Shown here one piece after another: positions 1 through 11,807 of a stretch of 64,000 nucleotides of DNA. Each line of letters begins with the position of its first letter. Positions within the stretch are counted from its first letter, which is position 1. Position numbers and translations under genes: made by a program. The notes under the pieces are model-generated. The model ran no database searches and was not told the origin of the DNA. It saw only the letters and a list, made by a program, of their open reading frames with translations. Source of the stretch: Candidatus Latescibacterota bacterium (GTDB lineage: Bacteria > Krumholzibacteriota > Krumholzibacteriia > WVZY01 > JAKEHA01); contig OY970173.1 in assembly GCA_963707635.1 (NCBI GenBank), positions 2,016,001 through 2,080,000 of the forward strand, read 5' to 3'.

Positions 1-647
1 GTGCGATACCTCCCCACCACCGCCGCGACCACGTCGCGGGTGACACTGCGCGTGTCCGCTGCCGCCAGCAGGATCTTGTCGATCTCGTTGGCGAGGTCGA
101 TCATCTGCGTTCCGACCGACTCGATCAGCAGGTCGAGCGCGTCGGGGTCGACGCGGTAGCCCTCGCGCTTGCAGCGGGCCAGCACGCGCTCCAGGGTTTC
201 CGCTTCGTCGAGCGGGGCGAACGCGAACTCGACGCCGTGCCGGAGCGCGACTGCGGCCAGCCGCTTGTGGGCCGCCGTCTCCAGCTTCTCGCTGGCGGAT
301 TCGATCACCAGCACCAGGCCCTCCGGGATCTTCTCGGCGCGCTCCACCACCCGGTCGCGGTTCGACGGGGAGAGCGTATCGAAGCCGCGGAGGATCACCA
401 ATCGCCGGGCCGCGAAGAGCGGGAACGCTTGCAGGCGATCGTCGAAGGCCTGCGCGTCGAATTCATCCCCGTGGAGGATGTCCAGGTTGAAGGTGCGGTC
501 GCCCTCGGGCAGCACCGCCTCGATGAGCTTGCGCGTGAACTCCCGCTTCATATGTTCTTCCGAGCCGTGGATGAAGTAGAGCGGGCGGACCCGTCCGTTT
601 GTGACGTCGTCGAAGAGCTTTCGGTACGCGCTGAGCCGCCCGGCCAT
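1..647 (-). CDS. holA: DNA polymerase III delta subunit (5' part; runs off the window)
   Basis: Not in the ORF track; translated by hand from ATG at 647: MAGRLSAYRKLFDDVTNGRVRPLYFIHGSEEHMKREF...DRTFNLDILHGDEFD...QAFPLFAARRLVIL, a typical HolA N-terminus. Follows lptE as in the conserved lptE-holA order. Confidence 0.9.
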   Translation of the reverse strand, partial: MAGRLSAYRKLFDDVTNGRVRPLYFIHGSEEHMKREFTRKLIEAVLPEGDRTFNLDILHGDEFDAQAFDDRLQAFPLFAARRLVILRGFDTLSPSNRDRVVERAEKIPEGLVLVIESASEKLETAAHKRLAAVALRHGVEFAFAPLDEAETLERVLARCKREGYRVDPDALDLLIESVGTQMIDLANEIDKILLAAADTRSVTRDVVAAVVGRYR

Positions 648-1143
648 GGGTCACCAGTCCTGGACGGTCAGGTTGAGGATACGCTCGGTGATCTCGCGGA
701 TGGACTCGTTGATCGCGTCGTCGATCGTGCGCCCTTCCCCGACCTGCTCCACGAAATAGGACCCGTCGCCCTGGAACGCGCGGTCGCGCCAGATGGGCTC
801 GTTCTGGCGCCGGTTGTACAGCGTGGCCACCACCCGGATCACGACGTGGTACTCCTCGGCGTTGAGTTCGCTGTTGAAGGAAAACGGCTGGTTACGAAAC
901 TCGACGATCTGTCCCTCGAGCACCGCATCGGCGCCGTCCTCGGGAACCACCTTGAGCGTGTTGTCGGTGACGAGGTTCTGGATGACGCGCTCGGTCACGG
1001 AAATCTCGAGGTTCGGTTCCGAGGTCTTGTTCTCGAAAAAAGGCACGTAGATGGTCCGGATGTCCTTCGCGGTGCGGGAGGTCGTGCTGTAGCCGCACGC
1101 CACCGCCAGCGCGAGCAACGCGGTCGCGCACGCCGGCGCGACG

Positions 1144-2577
<1,434 letters not shown>

Positions 2578-4632
2578 GGTGCACCTGCTTTACGGGTAAA
2601 TAGACCGAGAACGTCGTCCCCACGCCGTACTCGCTATCGACATAGATATAGCCTCCGTGGCGCTCGATGATACCGTGCGTCACATAGAGTCCCAGCCCGG
2701 TGCCGCCCGCCTTCTTGGAAAAGAACGGCTCGAACACGCGCTGCCGGTCCTCTTCGGTGAGGCCCAACCCGTTGTCGCGCACACGGATAATAGCAAAATC
2801 ACCCACCCCGTCAAACAGAACGTCCGGCACCTCCCGGGCGAAGGTGACCGCTATCCCAACCTCGGCGCCCGGCGCGCTGGCCTCGATGGCGTTTTTCAGC
2901 AGGTTGATCAGCACCTGCGTGATGCGGTCGGCGTCGACCACGATGCCGCGCGGCGTCTCGGGGAACTCGGTGAGCACGGAAACCCCCTTGCGCTTGGCCA
3001 GTTCCGCCATGCTGGCGATGCTGTTGCGGGTGAGGAGCTCGAGCGAGGTTTCCTCGTAGATCAAGTCGCTGACCCGCACCACGCTCATCAGGTCGCCGAT
3101 CAGGCGATCGATACGCTTGACCTCGTCGAGGATGAAATGAATGTTCTCCCGCTGGCTGTCCGCCACCTGCCCCGCCCGCTGCAGGTACTGGATCCCGGCC
3201 GCGATCCCGGTGAGCGGGTTGCGGATCTCGTGCGCGATGCTGGACGAGAACCGCCCGAGCGCCGCCAGCTTGTCGAGCTGCGCGATCTGTTCCTCCATGC
3301 GCTTCTGCCGGGCGATGTCGTTGAACACGGCCAGCGCGCCCTGCGGTTGCTTCTTTTCGTCGAAGAGCAGCGAGGTATTGAGCAGGATGGGATCCTTGGC
3401 GCCGCCGTTCTTGAGCAGCCACGCCTCCTGCTGGAAGGCCTTGCGTCCGGTTCGCAGCGTGCGCATGACCGGATTCTCGCCGGTGCCGACGGGGCTGTCG
3501 AGGATCAGCGCCTCCACGTGGCGGCCGCGCAGTTCCGACTCCGAGTAGCCGGTGAGCGCCTGCGCCCGGTGGTTGGCAAACAGCACCGCGCCCCGTTCGT
3601 CGACGGTGATGAGTCCGTTCATCATGCTGTTGATGACGTCGTCGCGGAAGCGCTCCTCCTGCTGCAGTTCCGTGAACAGGCGGTTGTTCTCGAGCATCGT
3701 GCCCAGCTGGACGGCGAGGGTTTCCACCGAGACCAGGTCGACGCGGCTCAAGGAGGCGGCCTTGAAGCCGTCGGTCACGCCGAGCAGGCCCAGCACCGGC
3801 ACGCGCCCGCAGCCGGGGCACACGTAACCGTGCTCGATCGACCACGCCTCGCGCTGGACCTGCGTCGTCTGCAGGATGCAGTCGGGACGATTCGCGCAGC
3901 CCTGGGTGGCCCCGCTCTTGACGAGTGGCACGACGATGTAGGACGTCATCGTGCTGTCGCGAAACAGCGACTGGCCTTCGACGGTGCCCACCGGGTGCAT
4001 CTGCGGATCGCGGATCAGCACCGACTGGTGCATCTGCACCGACTTCTTGAGCAGGCCGTCCAGGCCCGCCAGTGGCAGGCGTGCCTGCTGGTGGATGTGG
4101 CCCTCCGGGGTGTCACGAAACACGTAGATGTTGAACGCCTCGGCCTCGGGGTCGTAGAGGCCGACGAACAGCTCGCGGTACCCGAGCCCCTTGGACAGGA
4201 AATTAATGACGGCGTCGACCACCTTCGACTCGTCGAGCGACGACACCAGTGTGAGCCCGATCTCCTTGATGCTCAATAGCTGGATGTTCTTTTCGACCAG
4301 CTGGAAGTTCTTTCGCTCCAGCTCGGTCGCGACCTCCTTGAGGGCCTTGTAGACGGCGCTGCCGACGTCACCCGGCCGCACCTGGCTCAATTCCCCGATG
4401 GCGTCACCGTGGATCTGGCGAATGCCGTCGAGGACGCTCTGGTAGCGGGCGCGGACGGTGCGGGACTCGGCGACGACGTAGGCGATGGCGAGCGCGATCG
4501 CGACCGGGATGAACGCCCACCACGGGAGCACACGCGCGAGCGCGGCCACGCCGAGCGTCCCCAGCGCGATGCCGACGAGCACGCGGCGGCGCGGAATATA
4601 GCTGGCGATGGCCACCGGTCAGACCCCGCGCG

Positions 4633-5886
4633 TCAGCGGGCCTCGACACGGGGTTCGAGGTTCCAGCGCGACGGCAGGTATACCAGTCCCCAGCGCGCGC
4701 TCATTCCCCTTCCCCCCGTCCCGTTCAGGTTCGACTCCTCGACGTCGAGCGCGATGCAGTGCTCCAGGTGGTCGTACCACAGAGCGGTGCTCGTTATGAA
4801 CAGCGAGAGGTAGTAACGATTGGGCAGCAGGAAGAGGTCGTCGATCTGGAGGTCGACGGTCCCCTCGCCGGCTTCGAGCGTCGGGATGTAATAGCCCGAG
4901 TGCCAGGTGCTGATGGTCGCGATGCGGGTTCCCATGTCCGAGTGGATGGTCATTCCGAAGTGCGGGTCCTTGATGCGCTCCTGCGCGCGGTAGTGGAAGC
5001 GGGCGCGCAATGGTTCGCCGCAGCGGAAAATGGAGGTGGGAGCGCCCTCTTTGTCCAGGAAGTCGACGCGCGTGAAACGGACGGCGCCGTTGCCCCCGCG
5101 CCCGTCGACCTCCGCCAGGTCGTACCCGGCGCGCTGTGCCTCCGAAAACGTCCGCAGGTAGGACGCGATCACGTCGTCGGAGGGGCCGTCCATGTGCAGC
5201 TTGCCGGCGTCGATCCAGATCGTGCGTGGGCACAGGTTTTCGATCGCGGCCATGTTGTGGGAGACGAAAAGCACCGTGCGCCCGCCCGAGCGCATGTCGT
5301 CCATCGCGTTGAGGCACTTCTTCTGAAAATCGGCGTCGCCCACCGCGAGCACCTCGTCGACGAAGAGGACGTCGGGGTCCATGTGCGCCGCAACCGCGAA
5401 CCCCAGGCGCAGGCGCATCCCGGACGAATAGCGCTTGATGGGGGTGTCGACGAACTTTTCCACGCCGGCGAAGTCGATGATCTGATCGATGCGGGCGTCG
5501 ATTTCCCGCTTGCGCATGCCGAGGATCGATCCGTTCAGGTAAATGTTCTCGCGCCCGGTGAGCTCGTCGTGGAACCCGGTCCCGACCTCGATCAGCGACG
5601 CCACGCGTCCACGCACGCGCACGCGCCCGCTGGTCGGGTAGGTGATCTTGGAAAGTACCTTGAGCAGCGTGCTCTTGCCGGCGCCGTTGCGCCCGATGAT
5701 GCCGAGCACTTCGCCCTCGTTGACGCTGAAGGAAAGGTCGTTGAGGGCGAGGATGGTCGTCACCTCCCGGCGCTGGCGCCGAAGGGTGAACACACTGATG
5801 AGGGCTTCGCGCAGCATGGTCTCGTGCTTGAGGGACCCGAGACGGTACTGCTTGGTGAGGTGTTCGACGTGAATCGCTTCGCGCAA
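4633..5886 (-). CDS. wzt: Polysaccharide ABC transporter ATPase with C-terminal Wzt_C domain
   Basis: GRNGAGKST, YSSGMRLRLGF, VDEVLAVGD and a C-terminal extension; TTG start at 5886 after TAAGGAG. Confidence 0.92.
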   Translation of the reverse strand: MREAIHVEHLTKQYRLGSLKHETMLREALISVFTLRRQRREVTTILALNDLSFSVNEGEVLGIIGRNGAGKSTLLKVLSKITYPTSGRVRVRGRVASLIEVGTGFHDELTGRENIYLNGSILGMRKREIDARIDQIIDFAGVEKFVDTPIKRYSSGMRLRLGFAVAAHMDPDVLFVDEVLAVGDADFQKKCLNAMDDMRSGGRTVLFVSHNMAAIENLCPRTIWIDAGKLHMDGPSDDVIASYLRTFSEAQRAGYDLAEVDGRGGNGAVRFTRVDFLDKEGAPTSIFRCGEPLRARFHYRAQERIKDPHFGMTIHSDMGTRIATISTWHSGYYIPTLEAGEGTVDLQIDDLFLLPNRYYLSLFITSTALWYDHLEHCIALDVEESNLNGTGGRGMSARWGLVYLPSRWNLEPRVEAR

Positions 5887-5897
5887 GGTCGATCTCC

Positions 5898-6704
5898 TTA
5901 GACGAGGTCGGCGAACGCTCGCTCGGCCCGGGCGAAGTACACGCTGGCCGCAGCGAACAGCGCCAGCGAAATCAGAGTGGCGATCCCGAGCAGCTGCCAG
6001 TCGACGGAGCGGGTCGGCAGCACCGCCGCGCGGAAGGCGTCGATGATGCCGACCAGCGGGTTGAGCCGGAGCACCGCCTGGTACTTCGCCGGCATGCTGC
6101 TGAACGGATAGATGACGGGCGCGAGAAAGAGCATCGTCTGCACGAAGAACGGGATGGTGTATTTGATGTCCCGGTACTTCACGTTCAGGGCGGAGAAGAA
6201 CATCCCGATCGCGGTGCTGAAAATGACCAGCGGGACCATGAACAGGGGCCACAGCAGCAGGCCGGCGGACACGGGCATGTGGTAGTAGAACATCATGCCG
6301 ATCAGCACCAGCGACGCAAAGGCGAAGTCGACCGTACCGCTCAGCGCCGAGGAAGCCGGAATGATCGCGCGCGGAAAGTACACCTTGCTGATCAGCTTCG
6401 AATTGGCGATCAGGCTGTTGCCGGAGAGCGGCACGGCGCCCTGGAAGTACGTCCATGGCACCAGCGCCGCGTAGCTGAAGATCGGGTACGGGACTCCCTC
6501 GCTGTCGATCTTGGCGACCCGCCCGAAGAAGAGCGAAAACACCACCATCATGAAGAACGGCTGCAGGACGGCCCACGAGGCGCCGAGCAGCGTCTGCTTA
6601 TAGCGGATCTTGACGTCCCGCCACACCAGAAAGAAAAACAGCTCCCGGTAGCGGACGAACTCGGAGAGCCACTCCAGCGCCTGCGGGCGGGCGATCGCGT
6701 TCAC
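5898..6704 (-). CDS. wzm: Polysaccharide ABC transporter permease
   Basis: RDVKIRYKQTLLGASWAVLQP, KVYFPR, LNPL motifs; GTG start overlaps the upstream TGA. Confidence 0.93.
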   Translation of the reverse strand: MNAIARPQALEWLSEFVRYRELFFFLVWRDVKIRYKQTLLGASWAVLQPFFMMVVFSLFFGRVAKIDSEGVPYPIFSYAALVPWTYFQGAVPLSGNSLIANSKLISKVYFPRAIIPASSALSGTVDFAFASLVLIGMMFYYHMPVSAGLLLWPLFMVPLVIFSTAIGMFFSALNVKYRDIKYTIPFFVQTMLFLAPVIYPFSSMPAKYQAVLRLNPLVGIIDAFRAAVLPTRSVDWQLLGIATLISLALFAAASVYFARAERAFADLV

Positions 6705-7342
6705 AGCACCACCTTGCGGCCGTAGAAGGCCTCCGCGCGCCGCGAGGGCGCGTTGCATTCCATGCCCCGCAGCCGCATCAGCGCCACGAAGGTTTCCTCG
6801 TCGAACCAGTGCTTGCCCGCCTGCGAGGCGAAGCACTCCATGAGAATCGCGACCTTGGCGCGCGCGTGTGCCTCCTCGAGCGGGACGTAGACGTTCGGCG
6901 TTCCCAGGTCGCCGTCCCACTTCGGAACCTCGTATTCCAGCACCAGGTGGTCCCGGAAGGTATTCCACGTGAGCTCGGACACCACCCGGTGGTCCTGGTG
7001 CAAATCGTCGCGGAAGTGAGTGAAGATCAAATCCGGTTTCACCCGCGCCTTGAGCTCTTCGAAGTAGGTCTTGATCTTGGCGTGCTCCGACGGGAAGAAG
7101 CCGTCGCGAAACTGGTGGAGCTCGACGATGCGCGCGCCGGCGGCGGCCAAAAAGCGCGCGGCGGCAGCCTCGGCCTCCTTCGCGCGCTCGGCGTGAGCGC
7201 TGAATACCACCCAGTGGACCGCGGCGCCCGCGTTGGCGGCCAGCAGGCGCAGCACCGTACCGCCGCAGCCGATTTCGAGGTCGTCGCTGTGGGCACCCAG
7301 ACAGAGGATGGACCTGGCCTGCTTGAGCGCGAGTGTGTTCAT
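6701..7342 (-). CDS. PIG-L/LmbE family deacetylase
   Basis: GAHSDDLEIGCGG and DLHQDH motifs; alternative start at 7360. Confidence 0.88.
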   Translation of the reverse strand: MNTLALKQARSILCLGAHSDDLEIGCGGTVLRLLAANAGAAVHWVVFSAHAERAKEAEAAAARFLAAAGARIVELHQFRDGFFPSEHAKIKTYFEELKARVKPDLIFTHFRDDLHQDHRVVSELTWNTFRDHLVLEYEVPKWDGDLGTPNVYVPLEEAHARAKVAILMECFASQAGKHWFDEETFVALMRLRGMECNAPSRRAEAFYGRKVVL

Positions 7343-7356
7343 CGGCAGCCCCTGCG

Positions 7357-8139
7357 TCATCCTCGCTTCGGCGCCCACAGCGTCCACGGCGCCGTGTCGT
7401 GGGTGTACATCTCCTCGAGCAGCTGCCGTTCCTTGAACGTGTCCATGGCCATGAAGAACCCGTCGTACCGGTGCGCGGTCAACAGTTTCTTTTCGATCAG
7501 GCGCTGGAACGGCTGTTCGACCAGCTCCTCACCCGGCTTCATATAGTCGAAGACGTCGCGGCGCAGCACGAAGTATCCGCCGTTGATCCGGATGTCCGCG
7601 TTGGACACGTGCGTGATCTCGCTCACGCCGCGGGTGCCGTTCATGGAAACGATGTGGAAACTCTGGCTCGGCCGCACGCACAGAAAACTGGCCACCTGCT
7701 TCTGCTCCGTCAATCCACGGATTACGTCGGGCAGGGGCGCGTCGGTGAGGTTGTCTCCGTAGTTGGCCAGGAACACCTCGTCGTTCTCGAGCAGCGCGCG
7801 TACCGCTTGCAGGCGTCCCCCGATGTTTGTGCTCATGCCGGTATCGACGAAGGAGATCTTCCAGTCGTGGATATCGCTGTTCGCCAGGTCGATCGAGCCC
7901 GCGCCGGAAAGCGTGAAATCGTTCGACAGGCATTCGTCGTAGTTCAAGAAGTACTTCTTGATCACGTCCGCCTTGTACCCGAGGCAGAGGATGAACTCCT
8001 TGTGGCCCCAATGGGCGTAGTACTTCATGATGTGCCACAGAATCGGCCGGTAGCCGATGGGCACCATGGGTTTGGGAACGTCCTCGGAATACTCGCGAAT
8101 GCGCATGCCGAGCCCTCCGCAAAACAAAACCACCTTCAT
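7357..8139 (-). CDS. rfbF: Glucose-1-phosphate cytidylyltransferase
   Basis: MKVVLFCGGLGMRIRE..PKPMVPIG, LCLGYK, INGGYF, MDTFKE. Confidence 0.88.
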   Translation of the reverse strand: MKVVLFCGGLGMRIREYSEDVPKPMVPIGYRPILWHIMKYYAHWGHKEFILCLGYKADVIKKYFLNYDECLSNDFTLSGAGSIDLANSDIHDWKISFVDTGMSTNIGGRLQAVRALLENDEVFLANYGDNLTDAPLPDVIRGLTEQKQVASFLCVRPSQSFHIVSMNGTRGVSEITHVSNADIRINGGYFVLRRDVFDYMKPGEELVEQPFQRLIEKKLLTAHRYDGFFMAMDTFKERQLLEEMYTHDTAPWTLWAPKRG

Positions 8140-8167
8140 ACGCGCCCCCATGTCATGGCCAGACCAT

Positions 8168-9259
8168 TCATGCCTTTGCCCACTCAACTCCCGCGCGACC
8201 GGCATCGCGCTCATACTCGGTCAGATCGTCGGCGGTGGTAATCGAAGCGGCTCCATAGTACTGTTTGTACCACCCAATCGTGCGGGCGAATGTGGTATCC
8301 GCGTTCCAAATGGGTTTCCAACCGAGTCGCGTGCGTGCCTTGGTTGAATCGAGCGTGAGGAACTGAGTTTCGTGCACCGCCTCGGGATCTTCCCGTATTT
8401 CATAACGAACTGCGTCCCAAAGCCCGCGTGCGCGCCCCACCACGCCTTCCACGGTTATCGACGACTCCGACGCCGGCCCGAAATTCCAGCAGTCGGCGCA
8501 TTCCACCCTTCCCTCGAGCAATTTCCAGCCCAGGTGCAGATAGCCGCTCAGTGACTCGAGGACGTGCTGCCACGGCCGGATCGATCGAGGGTTGCGGATC
8601 AGCACGGTCTCGCCCTTGCTGGCCGCTTTCATGATATCCGGCATCAACCTGTCCTCCGCCCAGTCGCCGCCGCCCACCACGTTCCCGGCCCGGGCGGTCG
8701 CCAGCAGGGTCGAGTGCGAGCCGCCGTACGTTGCGGGGTCAAGAAAGGAGCGGCGGTACGCGTGGGAGACCAGTTCGGCGCAACCCTTGGACGCACTGTA
8801 AGGGTCATCGCCACCCATGGGATCGTCTTCGGCATACCCGGTGAGGACCTCCTGGTTCTGATAACACTTGTCGCTGGTGACGTTCACGACTGCCTTGACC
8901 GTGCGCACCCGCCGGCAAGCCTCCAGGACGTTCACCGTGCCCATGACGTTCGTCTCGAAGGTCGCTACCGGATCCACGTATGACCGTCTGACCAGCGACT
9001 GCGCGGCCAGGTGGAAAACGATCTCGGGTTGATGCTTCTCGATGGTTGTGATCAGGCGCTGCTTGTCCAGGACATCGGCTGTGATCGAATGGATCTTGAG
9101 ATCGAGCAGTTCAAAATGACTCGGCCGCGTCGGTATGTCGAGCGAGTAACCGACCACGTCGGCGCCGAGCCGCTCCAGCCACAGGGACAGCCACGAGCCC
9201 TTGAACCCGGTGTGCCCGGTGACGAACACGCGCTTACCGCGATAGATGTTCCTGAACAC
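8168..9259 (-). CDS. rfbG: CDP-glucose 4,6-dehydratase
   Basis: VTGHTGFKGSWL, HLAAQSLV, TSDKCY, DPYSASK, RAGNVVGGGDW, RPWQHVLE. Confidence 0.95.
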   Translation of the reverse strand: MFRNIYRGKRVFVTGHTGFKGSWLSLWLERLGADVVGYSLDIPTRPSHFELLDLKIHSITADVLDKQRLITTIEKHQPEIVFHLAAQSLVRRSYVDPVATFETNVMGTVNVLEACRRVRTVKAVVNVTSDKCYQNQEVLTGYAEDDPMGGDDPYSASKGCAELVSHAYRRSFLDPATYGGSHSTLLATARAGNVVGGGDWAEDRLMPDIMKAASKGETVLIRNPRSIRPWQHVLESLSGYLHLGWKLLEGRVECADCWNFGPASESSITVEGVVGRARGLWDAVRYEIREDPEAVHETQFLTLDSTKARTRLGWKPIWNADTTFARTIGWYKQYYGAASITTADDLTEYERDAGRAGVEWAKA

Positions 9260-9285
9260 GACACCCACCCGCCGACTAGTACGCC

Positions 9286-10572
9286 CTACTCATACACGCG
9301 AACCTCGGGAATCGGGACGACGAACTTGCCACCCCAGTCGCGGATAAACGCCATTTGCTGCATGATCTCGTCCTTGAGGTTCCACGGCAGGATAAACACG
9401 TAGTCCGGCCGCGTCTCGCGAATCTTTTCGGGCGCGAAAATGGGGATGCGCGCGCCGGGGGTGTACGTGTTCTGCTTGTGCGGGTTGCGGTCCACCGTGT
9501 AGTCGAGAAAGTCGGTGCCGATTCCGCAGTAGTTCAAGAGTGTGTTTCCCTTGCCGGGCGCCCCGTAGCCGGCGACGTGCGCGCCGCGGCGTTTCGCGTC
9601 GATCAAGAATGCGAGAATGGCTCGCTTGGTCTCCTTCACCTTCTCGCCGAACGAACGGTAGACCTCGAGCGATTCCACGCCCCAGCGCTGCTCACGCGCC
9701 TTGAGATCGACCACCCGCGGGCTCACGGGGTCGCGGCCGCCGGCGTGACGGCCGAAGATCCGCAGCGAACCGCCGTGCGTGGGAAGCTCGACCACGTCGA
9801 AGAGCGTGATCCCGTGCACCGAGAATACCTTCTCCACGGTGGTGAACGAGAAATACGAAAAGTGTTCGTGGTAGATGGTGTCGAACTGGTTCTGGTCGAC
9901 GAGTCGCACGAGGTGCGGGAACTCCATGGTGATGACACCGGAGGGGTTCAGCATCGCGCCCATGCCCGCCACGAAGTCGTTCAGGTCGGGCACGTGCGCC
10001 AGCACGTTGTTCCCCAGCAGGAGGTCCGCGCCGCCGAAGCGCTCGCGCAGCGAGCGCGCCGACGCCGTGCCGAAGAACTCGACCACGGTGCGCACCCCGC
10101 GCTTGACCGCGGCCTCGGCGACGTTACCCGCCGGCTCCACCCCGAGGACGGGGATTCCCTGCTCCACGAAATACTGGAGCAGGTAGCCGTCGTTGCTCGC
10201 GACCTCCACCACCAGGCTCTGCGCGCCCAGTCCCAGCCGCGGGCCCATTTCCTCCGCGTACGCGCGCGCGTGGCGAAGCCAGGTATCCGAATAGGACGAG
10301 AAATAGGCGTATTCCTGGGCAAAGATCTCGGTGGGGGTGGCGTACTCCCCGAGCTGCACCAGCCAGCAGGCCGTGCATACGAGCGCGTGCAGCGGATAGT
10401 AGGTTTCGGGGTCGTTGAGCTGCTCGGGCTTGACCTGCTTCTGACAAAGCGGCGTCGTGCCGAGATCGGCGAACGTCTCGCGCAGCGTTGCCCCGCAGAA
10501 ACGGCACGTCAGGCCCACGCGCGCGAGCGCGTGCGGCGGCTGGCGGGCCGGCGTCGATGACGTGGGATTCAC
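9286..10572 (-). CDS. NDP-hexose C-methyltransferase (Zn-binding + SAM + C-methyltransferase C-terminal domains)
   Basis: CRFC...CTACWLVQL zinc site, EVASNDGYLL, FDTIYHEH, HGGSLR, YGAPGKGNTLLNY. Confidence 0.9.
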   Translation of the reverse strand: MNPTSSTPARQPPHALARVGLTCRFCGATLRETFADLGTTPLCQKQVKPEQLNDPETYYPLHALVCTACWLVQLGEYATPTEIFAQEYAYFSSYSDTWLRHARAYAEEMGPRLGLGAQSLVVEVASNDGYLLQYFVEQGIPVLGVEPAGNVAEAAVKRGVRTVVEFFGTASARSLRERFGGADLLLGNNVLAHVPDLNDFVAGMGAMLNPSGVITMEFPHLVRLVDQNQFDTIYHEHFSYFSFTTVEKVFSVHGITLFDVVELPTHGGSLRIFGRHAGGRDPVSPRVVDLKAREQRWGVESLEVYRSFGEKVKETKRAILAFLIDAKRRGAHVAGYGAPGKGNTLLNYCGIGTDFLDYTVDRNPHKQNTYTPGARIPIFAPEKIRETRPDYVFILPWNLKDEIMQQMAFIRDWGGKFVVPIPEVRVYE

Positions 10573-11807
10573 GGCTGATACCCCCGGGCCTGCTCGCCCG
10601 CCGCCGCGAGGCGGGTCGTGAAATCTTCTCCCAACCGGTCGCAGAGAGTGGCGGCGATTCGCTCCGTGAGCGCGTTCCAGTCGTAGGCACGAGCCACGCG
10701 GCGGCGCTCTTCGGCGCGCTCCGGGGTTCGCTCCGCCGGCGAAAGCGCCGCCTCGATCGCGGAGACCCACTGCCCCGGGTCGCGCGCGATGGCGACGACG
10801 TGCTCGAAGTCACGCAGCGTACGCAGATCGGCTCCGACCACCGGGCGCCCCGCTGCCAGGTACTCGTGCAGCTTCAGCGGGAAGATGTAGCGCGTATAGT
10901 CGGTCAGCGCGTAGCACAGCAAACACACGTCCATGTGCTGCGTGTAGGCCGGTATCTCGCGCACGGTGCGGTTACCGAGGTAGTGCACGTTCGGACGCGC
11001 CAGGAGCGCGTCCTTGTGGGGCGCGCTCGCGCCCATGTGCCCCACCGGCCCGACCAGCACGATGGACCAGTCTGGACGCCTGGCCGCGACCTCCGACAGC
11101 GAGTGCCAGTCGAGCTGCGACTTGAGTCGTCCGATGTAGCCGATGCGCGGGTGCGCGATGCGCGCGAGGTCGGGTGGCTCCGGAGCGGGCTGCGCAAAGG
11201 AGGCATAATCGACGCCGTTGGCCACGTAGCTGGTGTTCGGATTGATGCGACCCTTCTTCTCCAGGAGCGCGGGCGAGTGGACGAAGACCTGGTCGACGCG
11301 CTCGATCACGCGCCGTTCCGTCGCCGACAGGGGCTGTTCGACGTCCGAGAAGGAGTATTCGTCTGCGATGTGGTAGCAGCTCACGTCGTAGTCGGCCAGA
11401 TCCAGCACCTCCGCGAACTTGGGTTGCCAGAGGTAGAGAATGATCCGCTTGGCGCCGGCGCGCTCCAGGATGCGGCGCGCCTGGCGCAGGCGCGCCCGCT
11501 CGGCTGCGCGCCGCAGGGCGCCGGGCCGATAGAACTTGGGGAGCCACCGGCCGTGGTCGTACACGTCGAATCCGGTCCCGGGCGGCTGCGTCGGATCGAC
11601 CATGGCCGCCGGAGCGTGCAGCATCGACCGCAGCGGCCGCGGCGGATTATACCAGACTACCTGGAAATAGCGCGCGAGGCGAGTCAGTATCTGGTGGCGT
11701 GAGAGCCACATTCCGCCCCACCGTTCGGCGACAACCGCGATCACGCCGATCTCCGGGAGCGCAGGACCCGCGGGGCTGGTTGCCGGCGGCGCCGGTCCCA
11801 CGGTCAC
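10569..11807 (-). CDS. Glycosyltransferase, GT-B fold (TuaH/GT4-like)
   Basis: SRHQILTRLA, YVANGVDY, IGYIG, FPLKLHEYLAAGRPVV; GTG start overlaps the upstream TGA. Confidence 0.85.
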   Translation of the reverse strand: MTVGPAPPATSPAGPALPEIGVIAVVAERWGGMWLSRHQILTRLARYFQVVWYNPPRPLRSMLHAPAAMVDPTQPPGTGFDVYDHGRWLPKFYRPGALRRAAERARLRQARRILERAGAKRIILYLWQPKFAEVLDLADYDVSCYHIADEYSFSDVEQPLSATERRVIERVDQVFVHSPALLEKKGRINPNTSYVANGVDYASFAQPAPEPPDLARIAHPRIGYIGRLKSQLDWHSLSEVAARRPDWSIVLVGPVGHMGASAPHKDALLARPNVHYLGNRTVREIPAYTQHMDVCLLCYALTDYTRYIFPLKLHEYLAAGRPVVGADLRTLRDFEHVVAIARDPGQWVSAIEAALSPAERTPERAEERRRVARAYDWNALTERIAATLCDRLGEDFTTRLAAAGEQARGYQP

